A DNA stretch of 64,000 nt from Phoronis australis (GCA_002633005.1 NMRA01000377.1:316982-380981), one strand, 5' to 3'. Positions 1-12,800 are shown, counted from the stretch's first letter. Notes: a model not told the origin generated them from the letters alone. Program-made: numbers and translations.

Positions 1-122
1 GCCCTCAAGTGCGGTGCATCCTGTCAATGATTGACAATACCCCACCCCACCAGACTCTGATTGGTCGAGAGTCAAGACCCCAGGAGCTCTACATAAAACC
101 CTTGGATATGACCACTAGGAAG
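1..122 (+). CDS. Gene 1 exon (5'-truncated), C-terminal part of NACHT-like NTPase domain
   Basis: Open frame PQVRCILSMIDNTPPHQTLIGRESRPQELYIKPLDMTTRK; donor AAG|GTAAGC, phase 0, joins exon 859. Confidence 0.75.
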
Positions 123-3100
123 GTAAGCAACAGTTGAGTGATTAATTTGTAAGCAGGAGTATGTTTCATGTAAAGTGACTTAAGACTTCAGACAGAAATT
201 TGATCTTATGATCTCAGAGATTTTGATAGTTATGTATAAGATCAAATTTCTGCCTGAAATCTTAAGTCACTTTTCATGAAACAGGACCCTGGTCTTTTTT
301 ACATTCACATTTATTGACTTAATGAGGATGAGTCTGGTGTACATAAATATTGAGTGTGTATTGATTGTTGATCTTGGGGCGTTCCTTTGCCCTGCTTTAG
401 TTGAATACTGGCAGATGTAGGCAGTAAAGGTGTGAAATAATTCTTTGTGTGATTACTGATTGGCATTCTTAGAATTGAAATCACGGTGTAACCAGTTTAA
501 GTGATCATTAAGTTGAACGTCTGTGGAAAGGAAGTCATAGTGTAAACACTTACTGTTTACTTCTTAGATTTAATTACTTGGCTTTCATGATTTTTACTTT
601 GATGTGAGTACAGTTCATTTTAAGCCTTGCACAATGTATGTTATTACTGGATCACAAAGTGTTGGCCAGGATATTCCTCAATGTTTGGTTTTAACTTGAT
701 ATTCCTCACGGCAAATGGCTTCACATATGCTAGCTATACAAACTAAATCCAGTTCGCCTCCCTGCCAAGCATTTTGCAAAGTGAGGTTTGTAATAAGTGT
801 CTGGCTTAATGTGATAATTACAATACATTAGGCATAAATTAGTCTCGTCATCTTGCAGGCTCTGGTCAAAGAAACCATGAGCAAGTATCACAGGACATTA
901 CGGTCTCGTCAATTGGATAGACTGCTCAGCAAGAGGTCGTCGCAGCTTCCCCTGTGGTTGACCGTAGCTTGCGAGCAACTCCATGCTTTGGAAGATTTCC
1001 GACTTGTCGACGAAAAGATCGATAGCTTTCCTGACGATTTGCTTGAGTAAGTATGGAATAGCCTTTATAAGTGAACAATATTTATATTAATTATTGTTTT
1101 ATTAGAATATGAAATCTCATATTGCTCTTGTTTGTGGGAGTTGAAATCTCGTTTGTTCTTGAGATGACACTTAAGAGAGATGAACATTCACAATGGTTGT
1201 AGTTTGTTTGTGATCATCATGGTATATTAAAATTACCATTGATTACAGAAAAGCTTAATGATATGTTAAAAACCAAGCATGAAGATCACAAGACATTATT
1301 AGAGAGAAATATTCATAATGCAACTATGATTCTGCCTTTTACAAATTGAAACTTTCTAATTTTTGTTTTAGACAATTTACTGTAACCAGTCTAAACTTGT
1401 TTCTTACTCCCATCAGAAGTGTTCATTTGGCTTGTCAAGTACTGACAGTTTGTTAATATGGCTTTAAAAAATTTGTTTGGTGCATAATGACCCACCAGGT
1501 CTAGCAGACTTATCGAACCTGGGTTTGTTTCCTGAAAAGTAACCTAAGACCTAAGTCAGATATTCTGTGTTTCTCTCCTCACAACTATTTCTGGAAAATA
1601 ATTTCATTTCACCTCAGCAAAAGTACAGGGTCTTAGAAAAAATGTGCATCATTGTTAGTTGCTCAGATGATTTTCTTAAGTTATTTCTAAACTGTCGTGA
1701 TAATTATTTGGTAAACGGAAGTGGAAGCGTAGTTCATAATGTCTGACTTGAGTCTTTGAAACAAACCCCAGGTGTTGACCACTAATCAATGTGTGATACT
1801 ATTTGGTTTCCTTCTCATTGTTTGCAGCATGCTTGAGTATGTCTTGGAAGAATACGAACATAAACCATGTGGTGACTTAGTGATGGGCACCTTGTGTCTT
1901 TTGGAAGCTTCCTCAGCTGGCCTGTTGGAGTCAGAACTCCTTGCCATTATAGGTCATGACACAGGGCTGTTGCCCCCAGCCCCATTTGATGAGAAAGGTT
2001 TGTATTAATAATAATTTTTGTCTTGCTTTGGGCTTGTTATCAGTTAGTTGGGATTTTCATTCCTCAATTATATTGTTTTAATGGGTTCATTTATGGTAAA
2101 AATTCTCGAATTTAGGAGATTGAAAAATTTATTATTTTGCTCAAGGTTGGAGCTTGTCTCAAAGTCTTGAAATAAGCTAATAGTCATCTCACATTCAAGA
2201 ATTACCGGAGATGGCAAAATTATTCACTCTGTAAGTTGAAAACACATTGTCCGAAATTTGAGAAATATTGTGAATGTCAAAATTCCCGTGTCCCAAATTC
2301 CTGATACTAGAAAATTCAATTTTTGTAGGAATTTCTGTGTCCCAAGTTCCATAATGTTTGAAGGTTTCAACCCATTTTTTTAGCTATATCTCATTTTTGC
2401 CATAAGTTTTTTACTTTTAATTGTAGAAACCCTCAAAGTGGCATTAACTGACAGTTATCAAATTGGTTTCAAATTGTTTCTTTGTCAAATTGAAGAGGAT
2501 TCGAGGACTTTGTTGGAATTGACCGTTCTTTGTTGCTGGAGACCAGGCTTTACGGGTTGGTGGGTCATTTTGTGTACGGAGCATGGTCTCTAGGAATAAC
2601 GAATTGTCAGTTCTTTGCAATCCCAATAATTACTTCTTATCTGAGTAAGGAACAAGTTGAGACCAATTTTATAACAGTGAGTGGTTTAAATCAAAAGTTT
2701 GGTTTTTAGACAGACTGCGCGTTTATTGTCACTTAAATCTTTTGTTGAGGATTTTCAGTAAAGTGTTATAATAATTGGTGATGATGATGTGTTCTAGAGG
2801 AGAAAGAGTGCTCAGAAAAGGAGAAGAAACAAGATTGTATGCCTGGTGAAAAATGGTCACGTGTCTTCAGACTATTGAGGCCATTTCTGCGACCGTACGG
2901 GGATAGTCGCGAGGGTCGACTTGATTTTTATCATCGTGCCATGAGTAAAGCTGTGAGGCGCAGGTATAGTTTGGGTGAGGCGCAGGTATAGTTTGGGTGA
3001 GGCGCAGGTATAGTTTGGGTGAGGCGCAGGTATAGTTTGGGTTCATTTGGTGACAATTTGTGCAGTATTTGGTCTATGAAAATCTCCATTGAATGCAGTT

Positions 3101-6100
3101 TGTGAATTTAAAAAGTTAAAAGTTGATAGCATGAGTTTTAGTTATAACAAAAGCTTTTGAATTTTTCAAAATTAGAATGTCATTCAGTAATCCCATCGAG
3201 TCAAGTCACCATCTTCAAACAAGCACAAAATATGCTGGCTGCAAAAGCAATCAATGAACTGTTCTGTGTCCATTAGTTTATGAAAAGTTATGCATGATAA
3301 GAGGTCATCTGCAATTGATCAATAATTAAAGGCTTACAAAATGTATTTTAATCTTTTTGGCAGACTTCGGAGTATGAAAACTTTCCAAAAGTTGATTTTT
3401 CTGTCCGATAGATGATTTAAACGTTAATAAAATTTTAGTTTGCATGCCCTCCTTCCAGAATAGTTCTTGAATGTTTTTTGTAAATATTTGGTAATTGTGG
3501 ACAAATCGTTATCTACCTTGAATTTGTCTTTACTTCGAGTCTTTAGTGCCAAAACGGGTTCTCAAAAATGACGCTCTCTGTCTCTTTGATTAAAAAAAAT
3601 GAAGCATGAAACAGGAAACTGCAAAGTGCAAGATGTTAAATAAATGACCATGGGGATTTTGTTTTGGAAACAAATTGATCTTACATAGCACACGTTTAAG
3701 TAAATTACATTACCAGAACTGGCATGCTACAAATTGACCTCTGCCAACCTATAAAACAATGTGCAAAATATTGAAATATAACATTTTGCACTTCTGTCAG
3801 GTATTTCTACGCCGACAAAGAGGCTGAATGCGAACTACGTCAGACGGCTCATGGCTGGTGGCACAAGAAACTCGCCGATTACTTTGAAACAGTGACGAAC
3901 GTTGATCGATTCGTTGAAGAGTACCCGTATCAGCTGTCAGAGATCAATGATACGACGCGTCTGTCACGCTGTTTATGCAACTGGCATTTAGTCAACAAGC
4001 TGTACCATGAGGAGTTCAGCTCACTGCTTTTAAAATACTGGAGAAAGGTGCGGTAGTGTTGTCATGTTTCAATATCAGTTATTAGAACTTGGACCGTCAA
4101 CTCTGTTTATTCTCAATGAACAAAATCTGTGGTGTTACGAACAAGGCACGACCAATACTATTGGTCGAGATGTAACTATTGACTAGTGTTAGTCACACTT
4201 CTGGCAAGTTAGACGTCTGCTCACTAACATGAAATTGGTGCCACTTCTGGGAATTCCATTTGATAAGATCAGAATAATTGCGAATTTGTTGTCTATGATC
4301 CAATGTTAGTTTCAAATACCCAACTATTGAGGGTTCCATAGAACAAAGTATCATCCAGTTTAATATCATTTAGCTTGTCTGGCTTGGTACTTTAGTCAAT
4401 ACTAGATGTTACTTTTTAGTTGTAAGCTAACAGACTGTACCTTTGTTAGTTTGTTTGTTCCTCAGTTTTCTTTCTTTCTGTCTATGCTTTTTCTTCTCAG
4501 ATTTCGTGACTCTGTCATTCACATTACTTCTGTATGATTCATTGATTTTTATTTCATAATTAATATTCATAACTCTCTTAGTAGAGCCATTGTAGAATCA
4601 TTTTTAATGAAGATGAAATAAGATTTCTGTCAACCAGAGCTTGAATGAGTGCAGGGCCCTTAACCTAAAAGTTCCCTTCAGAATGCACAGGCTTCCTTAC
4701 CCTCAGATCCAGGAGTGGACTAAATGTCTTCTTACTACAAAATATTTGCACTCCCCAGAAATCATATTTGCATTTAGTTCAGGTGAACTTCGCATTCACT
4801 CTGGTCCTTGAATTTTCCACTACGAGTACCGAGCTTTGAGGAGTGAGAAATGCACTTTTAGCAATGCCAGAGCGTCTGCCATTATTAACACCAGGATTTT
4901 GAACCTGGGAATCTGAAGCTGAAGCCACTGAACCATGTTGTCCTTGCAGTGCTTTATTCAATGTGAGCAATATCTTCATAGGCTGGTGGTGCAGACCAGA
5001 TGGTAAGTTGCTACATGAATGTACTCAGTGACCTGGAAACAGAGGGCGCCACTGAGGAAGAAATCACCAGGCGGCATGAGCAGATTGCCAGACTGTTGTA
5101 AGTAATGGGGAAATGGTTGAAATATGCCGTTGTTTTTTATAGAACGTGAGTTACAAGATGTCCCAAAAATGATTACTAGAGGTTTGTAGTACTGGATGGT
5201 TTGAAATAGTNTCAGCAACAGCAAGCATGTTATTTGGACTGAAAAGGTGAACTACTCTCACTTTGTATTGTAAGTAATAATTCATTATTAAACTGAGTCA
5301 CCTTCAACATGAAAGTGATGTGTCCGATGGAAGTTTTTTCTATCTGTAAAAGAAGTATTTACACACCACACAATTGTTACTTTCCTTTCAGTTTACAAGC
5401 TGGCAAGTACAGCGAAGCCCTCGATCTCGCTCGGACCGCTCTCAAAATGGAAGAGCAGGACTTGGGTGGCAGAGATGAGAGATTGGCCGAGTTGTACGGA
5501 CTTGTATCTGACATCTATGACGAAGTTAGTACACATTTGAATTTTGAACAAACGAGCTGTGACGTGTTGTAGTTTTTAGGTTATGTGTGAGCTATTTAGC
5601 AACTGACGACAATGTAAGATGGGTAATTCTGCACCTATATAGCCCAAAATATGGCTGACAAGTGAACATTCTGTTTTGTTTGATTGCTTCACAAAAACTA
5701 AGATTAGTATCTTTCTATCACCGTTTGTACTGTGCAGGTGTCATAAAAACAGCTTTTAGAAAAACATGCAACATACCATGTTCTGATATTGAACTTTCTT
5801 TCAGGCCTGCTATATTTGTTCTTCTAAGACAATGTTGCCTAGTTCTCGTTCTTCGTTTGAATTGAAAATAAAATGATATTTATTGGTGTTGGTTTCAGAG
5901 ATTGAAGCTTCACGACTTTGTCTCGACCTCCCAATTGCCTGATCTGGAGCGATCCATGCGTTACAGCAGGAAGTCTATTGCTATCAGGAAGCGTATGACT
6001 GGAGAACATAACAAGGTAAACTGTTCACGCTGAGACTGAACACAAAGCATGTTTGTGTTTTCAGTGCCTGCCTCGTATGTGCCAATCTCCTAGAAAGATC

Positions 6101-9100
6101 ATCGTTGAATTTGCCCGAGGTGTTCGTTCTGAGGATTGTATGAATAATTAATGACATCATTTCTCAGATAGATAAAGCTGCATCACCGGAAGCACTCAGT
6201 ATTGAACATGCACCATGCCACTTATTTGTTGTTTGCATTGCTCACGGTCGGTGTATATCAATGCTCAGCAATTATTCCGTCATCCGGGCTCATAATGCAC
6301 CGAAAGAGGTCAGTTACTGGAAAGGTCATCAAAATATTAACATGTAATTTTTCCTACAAGTTTGAAGAATTCCTTTTCATATTGGTAAACGGGTTGCTAT
6401 CAGTAACTTCCCATAACAATTCCAGAAATACTCACGTGCAGAGTCCATTATTGTCACGCCGTGACAATAATCTTTCTAGTTTGGTCTGTTATTGCATCAG
6501 TTAGTACATACATCTTTACATTCAGTTTAAGCTCGGCATGGCTCTTATGAGGATGTCCTTCAACATGGAGAGTTGGCAGTCGTTGACTAATGATGAAACT
6601 ATCCTACAGATGGGGCTAGATGCAATAGACACAGCCATCCTCATCTTCAGTGAGGTTAGTGAACAACGCATTTGTAATTGAAGAGTATCTAATAACTAAG
6701 AAATTGGTAATATTAAGGAATCTGTTAAGAGGATATTTTTCAATGTCATTTCCAGCAGTATTTGTTTTTCATTTCTTAACTGTGTAAGGATGATGTGTGT
6801 TCATTTATTTTTCAGTGCTTTTATTGTGCATTTTGTAATTACTAAAAATTTTATTCTGGGTTGGGGGCATAACCCAAAAATCTTTGTTTTCTCAAGACTA
6901 AACCCTATCAGAGTGTCCGGAACAGTGCAAAATCACCGCCTATAGATAAAGCGAAGAATGAGAAATGTGACCGTATTTGGCATTTTCCTCGGTATTATAA
7001 TTTAAAATGGTGTGAAAGTCAGGAAATGCTTCCAAGAAAAGCCTTAATCTGAAGAATCCAGAATAGTTGAGAAATATACCCAAACTGATAATGCTTGTTA
7101 TGTGCCATTATCTATGAAGAGATGCCCCGTATTCCATGACTAATTTGAAAGGTGGTTCATATGGAGCTTATTACAGGTGATAGTGAATTATGTTTGTCAC
7201 TATTACATTGAAGTATTTCAAAGTAATGCAGCAGTCAGAGTGCACGCTTTAACTTCACAGTTGAACGACAGGGGTCACTATGCTGAAGCCTTGATGACCA
7301 AAGGTGTGCTGGCACCTAGAGGCAGTGTGGAACAACTCAAGGTAAATAATAAAAGTTGTTAAGTTCACAGTTGATCAATAGAGGTCACTATGGTGATTCC
7401 TTGAATACCAACTTAATGGAGTGCTGGCATCTTGAGACAATGTGGAACAATTTAAGGCCAGTGAAAGTTGTGGTATTCCCTTGCTTGGACAAGATATTCA
7501 TGAGTGNAGTTGGTAATAATAAGGATGTTAAGAGGATATTTTTCAATGTCATTCAGCGAAGAATGAGAAATGTGACCGTATTGCTTGTGGAACATATTTG
7601 GCATTTTCCTCGGTATTATAATTTAAAAGGGTGTGAAAGTCAGGAAATGCTTCCGAGAAAAGCCTTAATCTGAAGAATCCAAAATAGTTGAGAAATATAC
7701 CCAAACTGATAATGCTTGTTATGTGCCATTATCTATGAAGAGATGCCCCGTATTCCATGACTAATTTGATTGGTGGTCCATATGGAGGTTATTACAGATG
7801 ATAGTGAATTATGTTTTTCACTATTACATTGAAGTATTTCAAAGTAATGCAGCAGTCAGAGTGCACGCTTTAACTTCACAGTTGAACGACAGGGGTCACT
7901 ATGCTGAAGCCTTGATGACCAAAGGTGTGCTGGCACCTAGAGGCAGTGTGGAACAACTCAAGGTAAATAATAAAAGTTGTTAACTTCACAGTTGATCAAT
8001 AGAGGTCACTATGGTGATTCCTTGAATACCAACTTAATGGAGTGCTGGCATCTTGAGACAATGTGGAACAATTCAAGGCCAGTGAAAGTTGTGGTATTCC
8101 CTTGCTTGGACAAGATATTCATGAGTGTTGCTCAAAGCCTCAGGAATATCTTACTAAAAAGTTGGTTCATTTTCACCTTTAAGTCGATCTTTGAATATCT
8201 ACGCAACTGTAGAGTTTAATGATAACTTGTCAATAAAGGTATTATTTTCTGATAGCATGGGGAATTTGATTTTAGACTTCAAATTAAAGTGCCAGTGATT
8301 GGGTCATGTGACCTTGACTTTTTGGTGAAATTAATAAGTAGAAAGAAAGTTAGGCATGTTTACACTTGAGATCAATTTTATTTTTTTGATAATATTATTC
8401 GAGTTGAGATCATCAAAACTCTGTCACAGATTTCTAAATTATTTGTTTTTTTCAACTTCTAATTTTTAATGAAAATCACAAAAAATCAGTTTCAATAGTA
8501 ACAGGTGCAAAAGTGGAATATTTGAAAAAAAAAACATTTCACATTTTAGAGAGCAGTGCATGATAATGTGAAATTGTCGCTGAGATAGTTTCTGATTAGA
8601 AGTGAATCAAAAATTAATCCTATTTCTGGAGTTACATACCCAACCATTCTGATTACATTACACTTGACCCAGAAGATGACCTCTGTTCTATTGTGACATA
8701 ACTGGGTTACATGTGAACTTCACACACAATCCTGTGTGGGAGAGTTCAAAGCCCAAGAGTAGTTAACTTTTCCGTATGTTGGCACAGGTGCTTGCGTTTT
8801 CTGCGTGCACTTCTTTTGTTTTAAAAATGTATTGAATTGAGACTGAAATGAAGATAAAATAAAGTATTAAATGCACTTATTTTTATTTAAAGGTATTCTG
8901 TTATTTTTTTATTTCCATCTTTCTTGCAGCTGTACAATGAGGCTATGGACATCAGTCAACAACTGTATGGAGAGCACCACCTGTTGACATCGAGGCTTTA
9001 CATCAATATCGGCATCACGCACGAGGATAACAAAAATTATACCAAGGCTTACCAATACTTCAAGAAGTGGGCAGAGGTCAGTGAGATCGTGTTGGGCTCG

Positions 9101-9820
9101 GAGCACCCCAAGACGAAACGAGCGAAAGGGGTTTTGAAGGAGGCTCGATACATGCAGATAGCGAGAAATCTGGGGGAGCATGTTGACGATGACGGGGAAG
9201 ATAATTCAGACCAAGCTGATGACTGTGATGGAGAGAATGGTGATGATGTTGGTGGTGATATGAATCAGCTGTGGATTGATGTCGGTGATGACGATGATTA
9301 TCACTTTGATGATGATGATGATGATGATGTGAATGAGGAAGACTTTGACGTGGTTCTTCATCACCATGATCTTCAGTTGTCTATGCAGAACTTATTGATC
9401 ATGGATGACGGAGAATGGCTTCAGGACAACCAGTCGGGCGACACACAGCCGGAAGGCAGCATAGAGGACAATTTTAATCACACTCAGGACGTGGAAGGGA
9501 ATTTCGCTGACAATCAAGACATTGAAGGCGCTGCGCAGGGTGCCGATGATGTGGAAGACGCATCACGTGATAACCTGGAGATCGAGGATCATTTGAATGC
9601 AGAGGACATTTCGATTCCAGTAGTTGTCAGTCTACTTCACCATGGTGATGGTAGTAACCATGACAACAGGAGTGAATGTGAATCATACAATGACGGTGAG
9701 AGGACACTTAGTGGGTCGCAACGAGGGGCGGAACGTAGTGCACTTCAAGATGAAACAGTGGACAGCAATATTGTCAGTGACAATGAACGCACTAATGAAA
9801 ATGATGGCCATGATTTGTAG
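1..9820 (+). CDS. 3' part of a multi-exon NACHT-associated/TPR-repeat protein (nephrocystin-3/TEP1-like architecture) with acidic C-terminal tail; 5' end lies upstream of the window
   Basis: Phase-consistent GT-AG exon chain: <1-122, 859-1046, 1828-1997, 2798-2963, 3801-4047, 4982-5097, 5392-5524, 5899-6015, 6526-6654, 7261-7341 (duplicate 7882-7962), 8930-9820 (TAG). Motifs PQVRCILS..KPLD, PLWLTVACEQL, GLLESEL, LDFYHRAMSKAVRRRYF and HKKLADYF..EEYPYQL resemble the post-P-loop part of NPHP3/TEP1/NWD-type NACHT proteins. Kinesin-light-chain-type TPRs follow (LYGEHHLLTSRLYINIG, VLGSEHPKT). Confidence 0.85.
162..283. mobile_element. Short palindromic MITE-like element (48-bp inverted arms)
   Basis: tgtttcatgtaaagtgacttaagacttcagacagaaatttgatcttat (162-209) matches the reverse complement of 236-283 with 3 mismatches; intronic. 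Confidence 0.6.
859..1046 (+). CDS. Gene 1 exon (helical domain after NACHT)
   Basis: ttgcag|GCT acceptor; ALVKETMSKY...PLWLTVACEQL...FPDDLL; GA|GTAAGT donor. Confidence 0.85.
1828..1997 (+). CDS. Gene 1 exon
   Basis: tttgcag|C acceptor in phase 2; MLEYVLEEYE...GLLESELLAII; G|GTTTGT donor. Confidence 0.8.
2445..2682. mobile_element. Degenerate MITE with ~50-bp imperfect terminal inverted repeats
   Basis: Left acagttatcaaattggtttcaaattgtttct vs reverse complement of right actgttataaaattggtctcaacttgttcct; a related arm occurs near 60355-60395. Confidence 0.45.
2798..2963 (+). CDS. Gene 1 exon (winged-helix-like region)
   Basis: Not in ORF track; EKWSRVFRLLRPFLRPYGDSREGRLDFYHRAMSKAVRR; phase 1 to phase 2. 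Confidence 0.85.
2953..3040 (+). repeat. 4 x 22-bp perfect tandem repeat spanning a splice donor
   Basis: Unit gtgaggcgcaggtatagtttgg at 2953, 2975, 2997 and 3019. Confidence 0.95.
3801..4047 (+). CDS. Gene 1 exon
   Basis: ctgtcag| acceptor; YFYADKE...WWHKKLADYFETV...EEYPYQL...LLKYWRK; AAG|GTGCGG donor. Confidence 0.85.
4982..6654 (+). CDS. Gene 1 TPR-region exons 4982-5097, 5392-5524, 5899-6015, 6526-6654
   Basis: All GT-AG and phase-consistent; AGKYSEALDLARTALKMEEQDLG and RSMRYSRKSIAIRKR are TPR-like helices. Confidence 0.8.
7261..7341 (+). CDS. Gene 1 81-nt exon (second identical copy at 7882-7962 across an N join)
   Basis: cacag|LNDRGHYAEALMTKGVLAPRGSVEQLK|gtaaat, phase 0-0. Confidence 0.75.
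7371..7456 (+). pseudogene. Decayed tandem copy of the 81-nt exon (pseudo-exon)
   Basis: Aligns to 7261-7341 with a 5-nt insertion and donor GT changed to GC; only 29 nt downstream of the functional donor. Confidence 0.7.
8930..9820 (+). CDS. Gene 1 terminal exon: two KLC-type TPRs plus ~220-aa Asp/Glu-rich low-complexity tail
   Basis: ttcttgcag|CTG acceptor; ORF track 8924..9820; (GAT)n run near 9308-9328; stop TAG 9818-9820. Confidence 0.85.
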   Translation: MYNEAMDISQQLYGEHHLLTSRLYINIGITHEDNKNYTKAYQYFKKWAEVSEIVLGSEHPKTKRAKGVLKEARYMQIARNLGEHVDDDGEDNSDQADDCDGENGDDVGGDMNQLWIDVGDDDDYHFDDDDDDDVNEEDFDVVLHHHDLQLSMQNLLIMDDGEWLQDNQSGDTQPEGSIEDNFNHTQDVEGNFADNQDIEGAAQGADDVEDASRDNLEIEDHLNAEDISIPVVVSLLHHGDGSNHDNRSECESYNDGERTLSGSQRGAERSALQDETVDSNIVSDNERTNENDGHDL

Positions 9821-12800
9821 AGGTTGTTGTCTAACTCTCTGGAAAAAATAGTTAATAGCGTTAAGGATTTCGCTAAATTGCTTGAAATTATTTAATACCA
9901 ATATTTGGTATAGGGTAACTTGGCGCGTAATTACATGTGATATAGTTATTTCTGTGTAGTGCCACTTGGTAAGTGCTGATAACATGGCAAATCGTATTGA
10001 GTTTTTGTTTGTCCACCAGGTGTCACTAATGTCACTAGGTTACCTTGGGGTTGTTTGTACAAGGTAGCATGTGATTAGAGTTGAAATCATGGCAGTGTTC
10101 TATAGGACAAGTGTTTTGTGAGATTGGTGAGATGGCACAAAATTACGTGAATGAATGAATGACAAGTGTTAAATTAGTAATAAGCTTACCTTGCTTGTAT
10201 GTACGATAGTACCAAAATGGCAGCCTCTGATATTATTGGTTGACAAGGCTGGAACATTAAATTAGGGTAAAAAATTCATGGTTTCTATTTAATAAGCAAA
10301 GATTTCTCGCTGATAGTGTCCTGGGTTACATAACATGGCCCAGTTAAGCCAGACAGAATGACAAGGTCCTGAAAAAAGTCGCCATTTTGAACTTGACGGA
10401 GTCAAATCTCCATCTGCAAAACTAGCTGCTGAAGCAAGCTATGAAATTCTCCCAAGCCATACCATAATTTTCTTTTCTCCATATTTAAAGTTATATCGAG
10501 TGCTGTTTGGGTGATATTACATCCTGTTTCACAGAGTTTGGAATGTTTTGATTCGATTTACAATTGGCTCACAAATATCTGTGTTGAAACAAGGAAAGAT
10601 AACAATTCTTGTTTTCTATTGTTATACTGTGGCTGGAATTTATCTTATAGGTGTTATTTTGGTGTAATGTGCTGATTTATGGGATTTTTGAAGTTTGACA
10701 TTCTTGACCTGCTGTAATATCTTTCTAGGGATTTTTCCTCATTTGACTTTATTGATACTTCAGTAAGTCCTTTGGTAATGCAGTGCTGACTTTTGAACAA
10801 CAATTTTGAATGTGTTATTATTCATACACATAATATTAGCCATGATAGTTGTTACACTTTTGACCAATTTAGTTTTGTAACTCCACGAATCTTTCAAAGG
10901 GCAGGATTTGTCCAGTCAATTGCAAGGGAAAGAGATTTTGTTTTTCACAGATGTCAAAATCAACTGCTCATAACTGGTCAGCTTATGAAATTTTATGGGG
11001 CTAAATTATCAATTTCTGAGTTTAAAAAATCCTATTCAGTTACCCGGGCCTTTCGTTGCCAGAGTTTAGTTTGTAAATATTTCCTCTAGTGTTTTAACCC
11101 ATTTCCACTTGTCAAAGACCACAATGGAAGTAATTCCTTGACTTTTGTGTTATTTGTGCTGTCCAGGTACACCTTCCGGCATATGTTCTAATTTTTTATT
11201 TGTCTTTTGTTTTCTTCTTGTAATTGCACATGTGTGTAATAAATTAATTCTGTGAATATACTCAAACGGCCTGCTCACATTACTCACGGTTTGCATGGTT
11301 TCCCAGACTGAATAGTGTCAATCAAAAACGTTAGTCATAACATCATCTTTAAGAATATGTTTGCATCTAGACAAGCACCCTTACGACCTATTTTACTGTG
11401 CATTTTCGTTTATTTCTAAAATTATACACACAATTACTTTCGAGGGTACCCGAAAAGTAAAACAAAAGATGTGCCGTTTTCTGAATACACCGATCGGGAC
11501 TTATTATCAGAAATTCCCTGTAAAGTAGTTATTAATCTTCTTCAGTCTCCAGAGATCGTCTGCGTGACCTCACCGTCTGCTGACATTGTGTCAGTAAAGG
11601 TGTGCTTCGTACATGTCTGATAAAGATGTCAAAGGGCGAGAGCTCAACCGCAATTTTTGTATGTGTTGGCCTGATTTCATTTCCCACGTGCATTTACTGG
11701 TGATGTACTTTAATTGTTTAATTGCTTTACAAATACACGCCAATTTTCTCTAACCAGTTTGCACTCCTTGAAGTACAAGTATTCCAGACCAAGTTTTCTC
11801 GATTCCTATGTGGTGAGGCAACTTATCACGAATTCTGATTCGTCTATTGTTTTCATGGTTTTTAACGAGCAGTCAATATCAGAGGCGGAGAAATAGTGGA
11901 GTTGATTCACAATACTTTGAAGAACGGTATGGCGGGGACGACAGTTGAGCTCAAGGTTATGCGAGAAACTGGATGAACAAATCTGGCGAATTTACAAACA
12001 TCATATCTCAGAGTGACATGATTTATAAAGGGCAATTGTCCCGGACAAGCCTCCAAAAGCGGACCCAAGTTATAAAAGGCGTGCGACCCAAACACTTGAA
12101 TATGAAAGGCTATATCATTTACAAGAAATTAAAAAAGTGATCATAACTGATCATTGGGTCTACCCTCCTTCCATCACCTTTCTTAAAGGGATGCTAAACC
12201 CTGCTCTGATAATTTCCAACAATCCTCGTGTTGTCACGTGCTAACTGAATGTATCAGTGATGTCAATCTTGAACGATGAAAGCAGGAATGAACTAAAAAC
12301 GCACACTCCCTGTGTCGGAGATTGTACATTATGGTTCTTGGTGGGTGGTCTTTCGCCAGAATTGACGTGTAAAAGCGTAGGTCACGCATGCCCGTTTAGC
12401 AGACTTTGAAAGGAGCTTTCATATTTTCCTCCAAACTTTTGAGGGTTAGTGTCGGGATTAAAGAGCATTAATTTGTATCAGAGAATTAGATGAAAAATTC
12501 GTTTTAAATATATATTATGTTTGTAGGTCCAAAGCCGGTTTGGTATCCTTTTAACATAAACGATTTCGCAAAAAGGCTATTTATTAGGACCTTGTCTTTG
12601 TACGGAAAGAAACAGGAAATAAGTAGCCTTACATTACACCTTCCGGTCACCTCCAAATACTGGGAGTGTATATCAAATAGTATACAATCCCCCCCCAAAA
12701 AAAACGGAAAATCACTCCATTGTCCCTTTATAAAGAAGGGGTCTTTATTAGAGAAACACAGCTACTCTCATACACGTTTTACCGTGTCTTTCTCTTCTCC

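Noticed and set aside
6202-6504. 100-aa ORF with a signal-peptide-like start and an RKR site (neuropeptide-like)
   Set aside because: It lies within a gene 1 intron on the same strand, with no repeated peptide or amidation pattern and no supporting splice structure.
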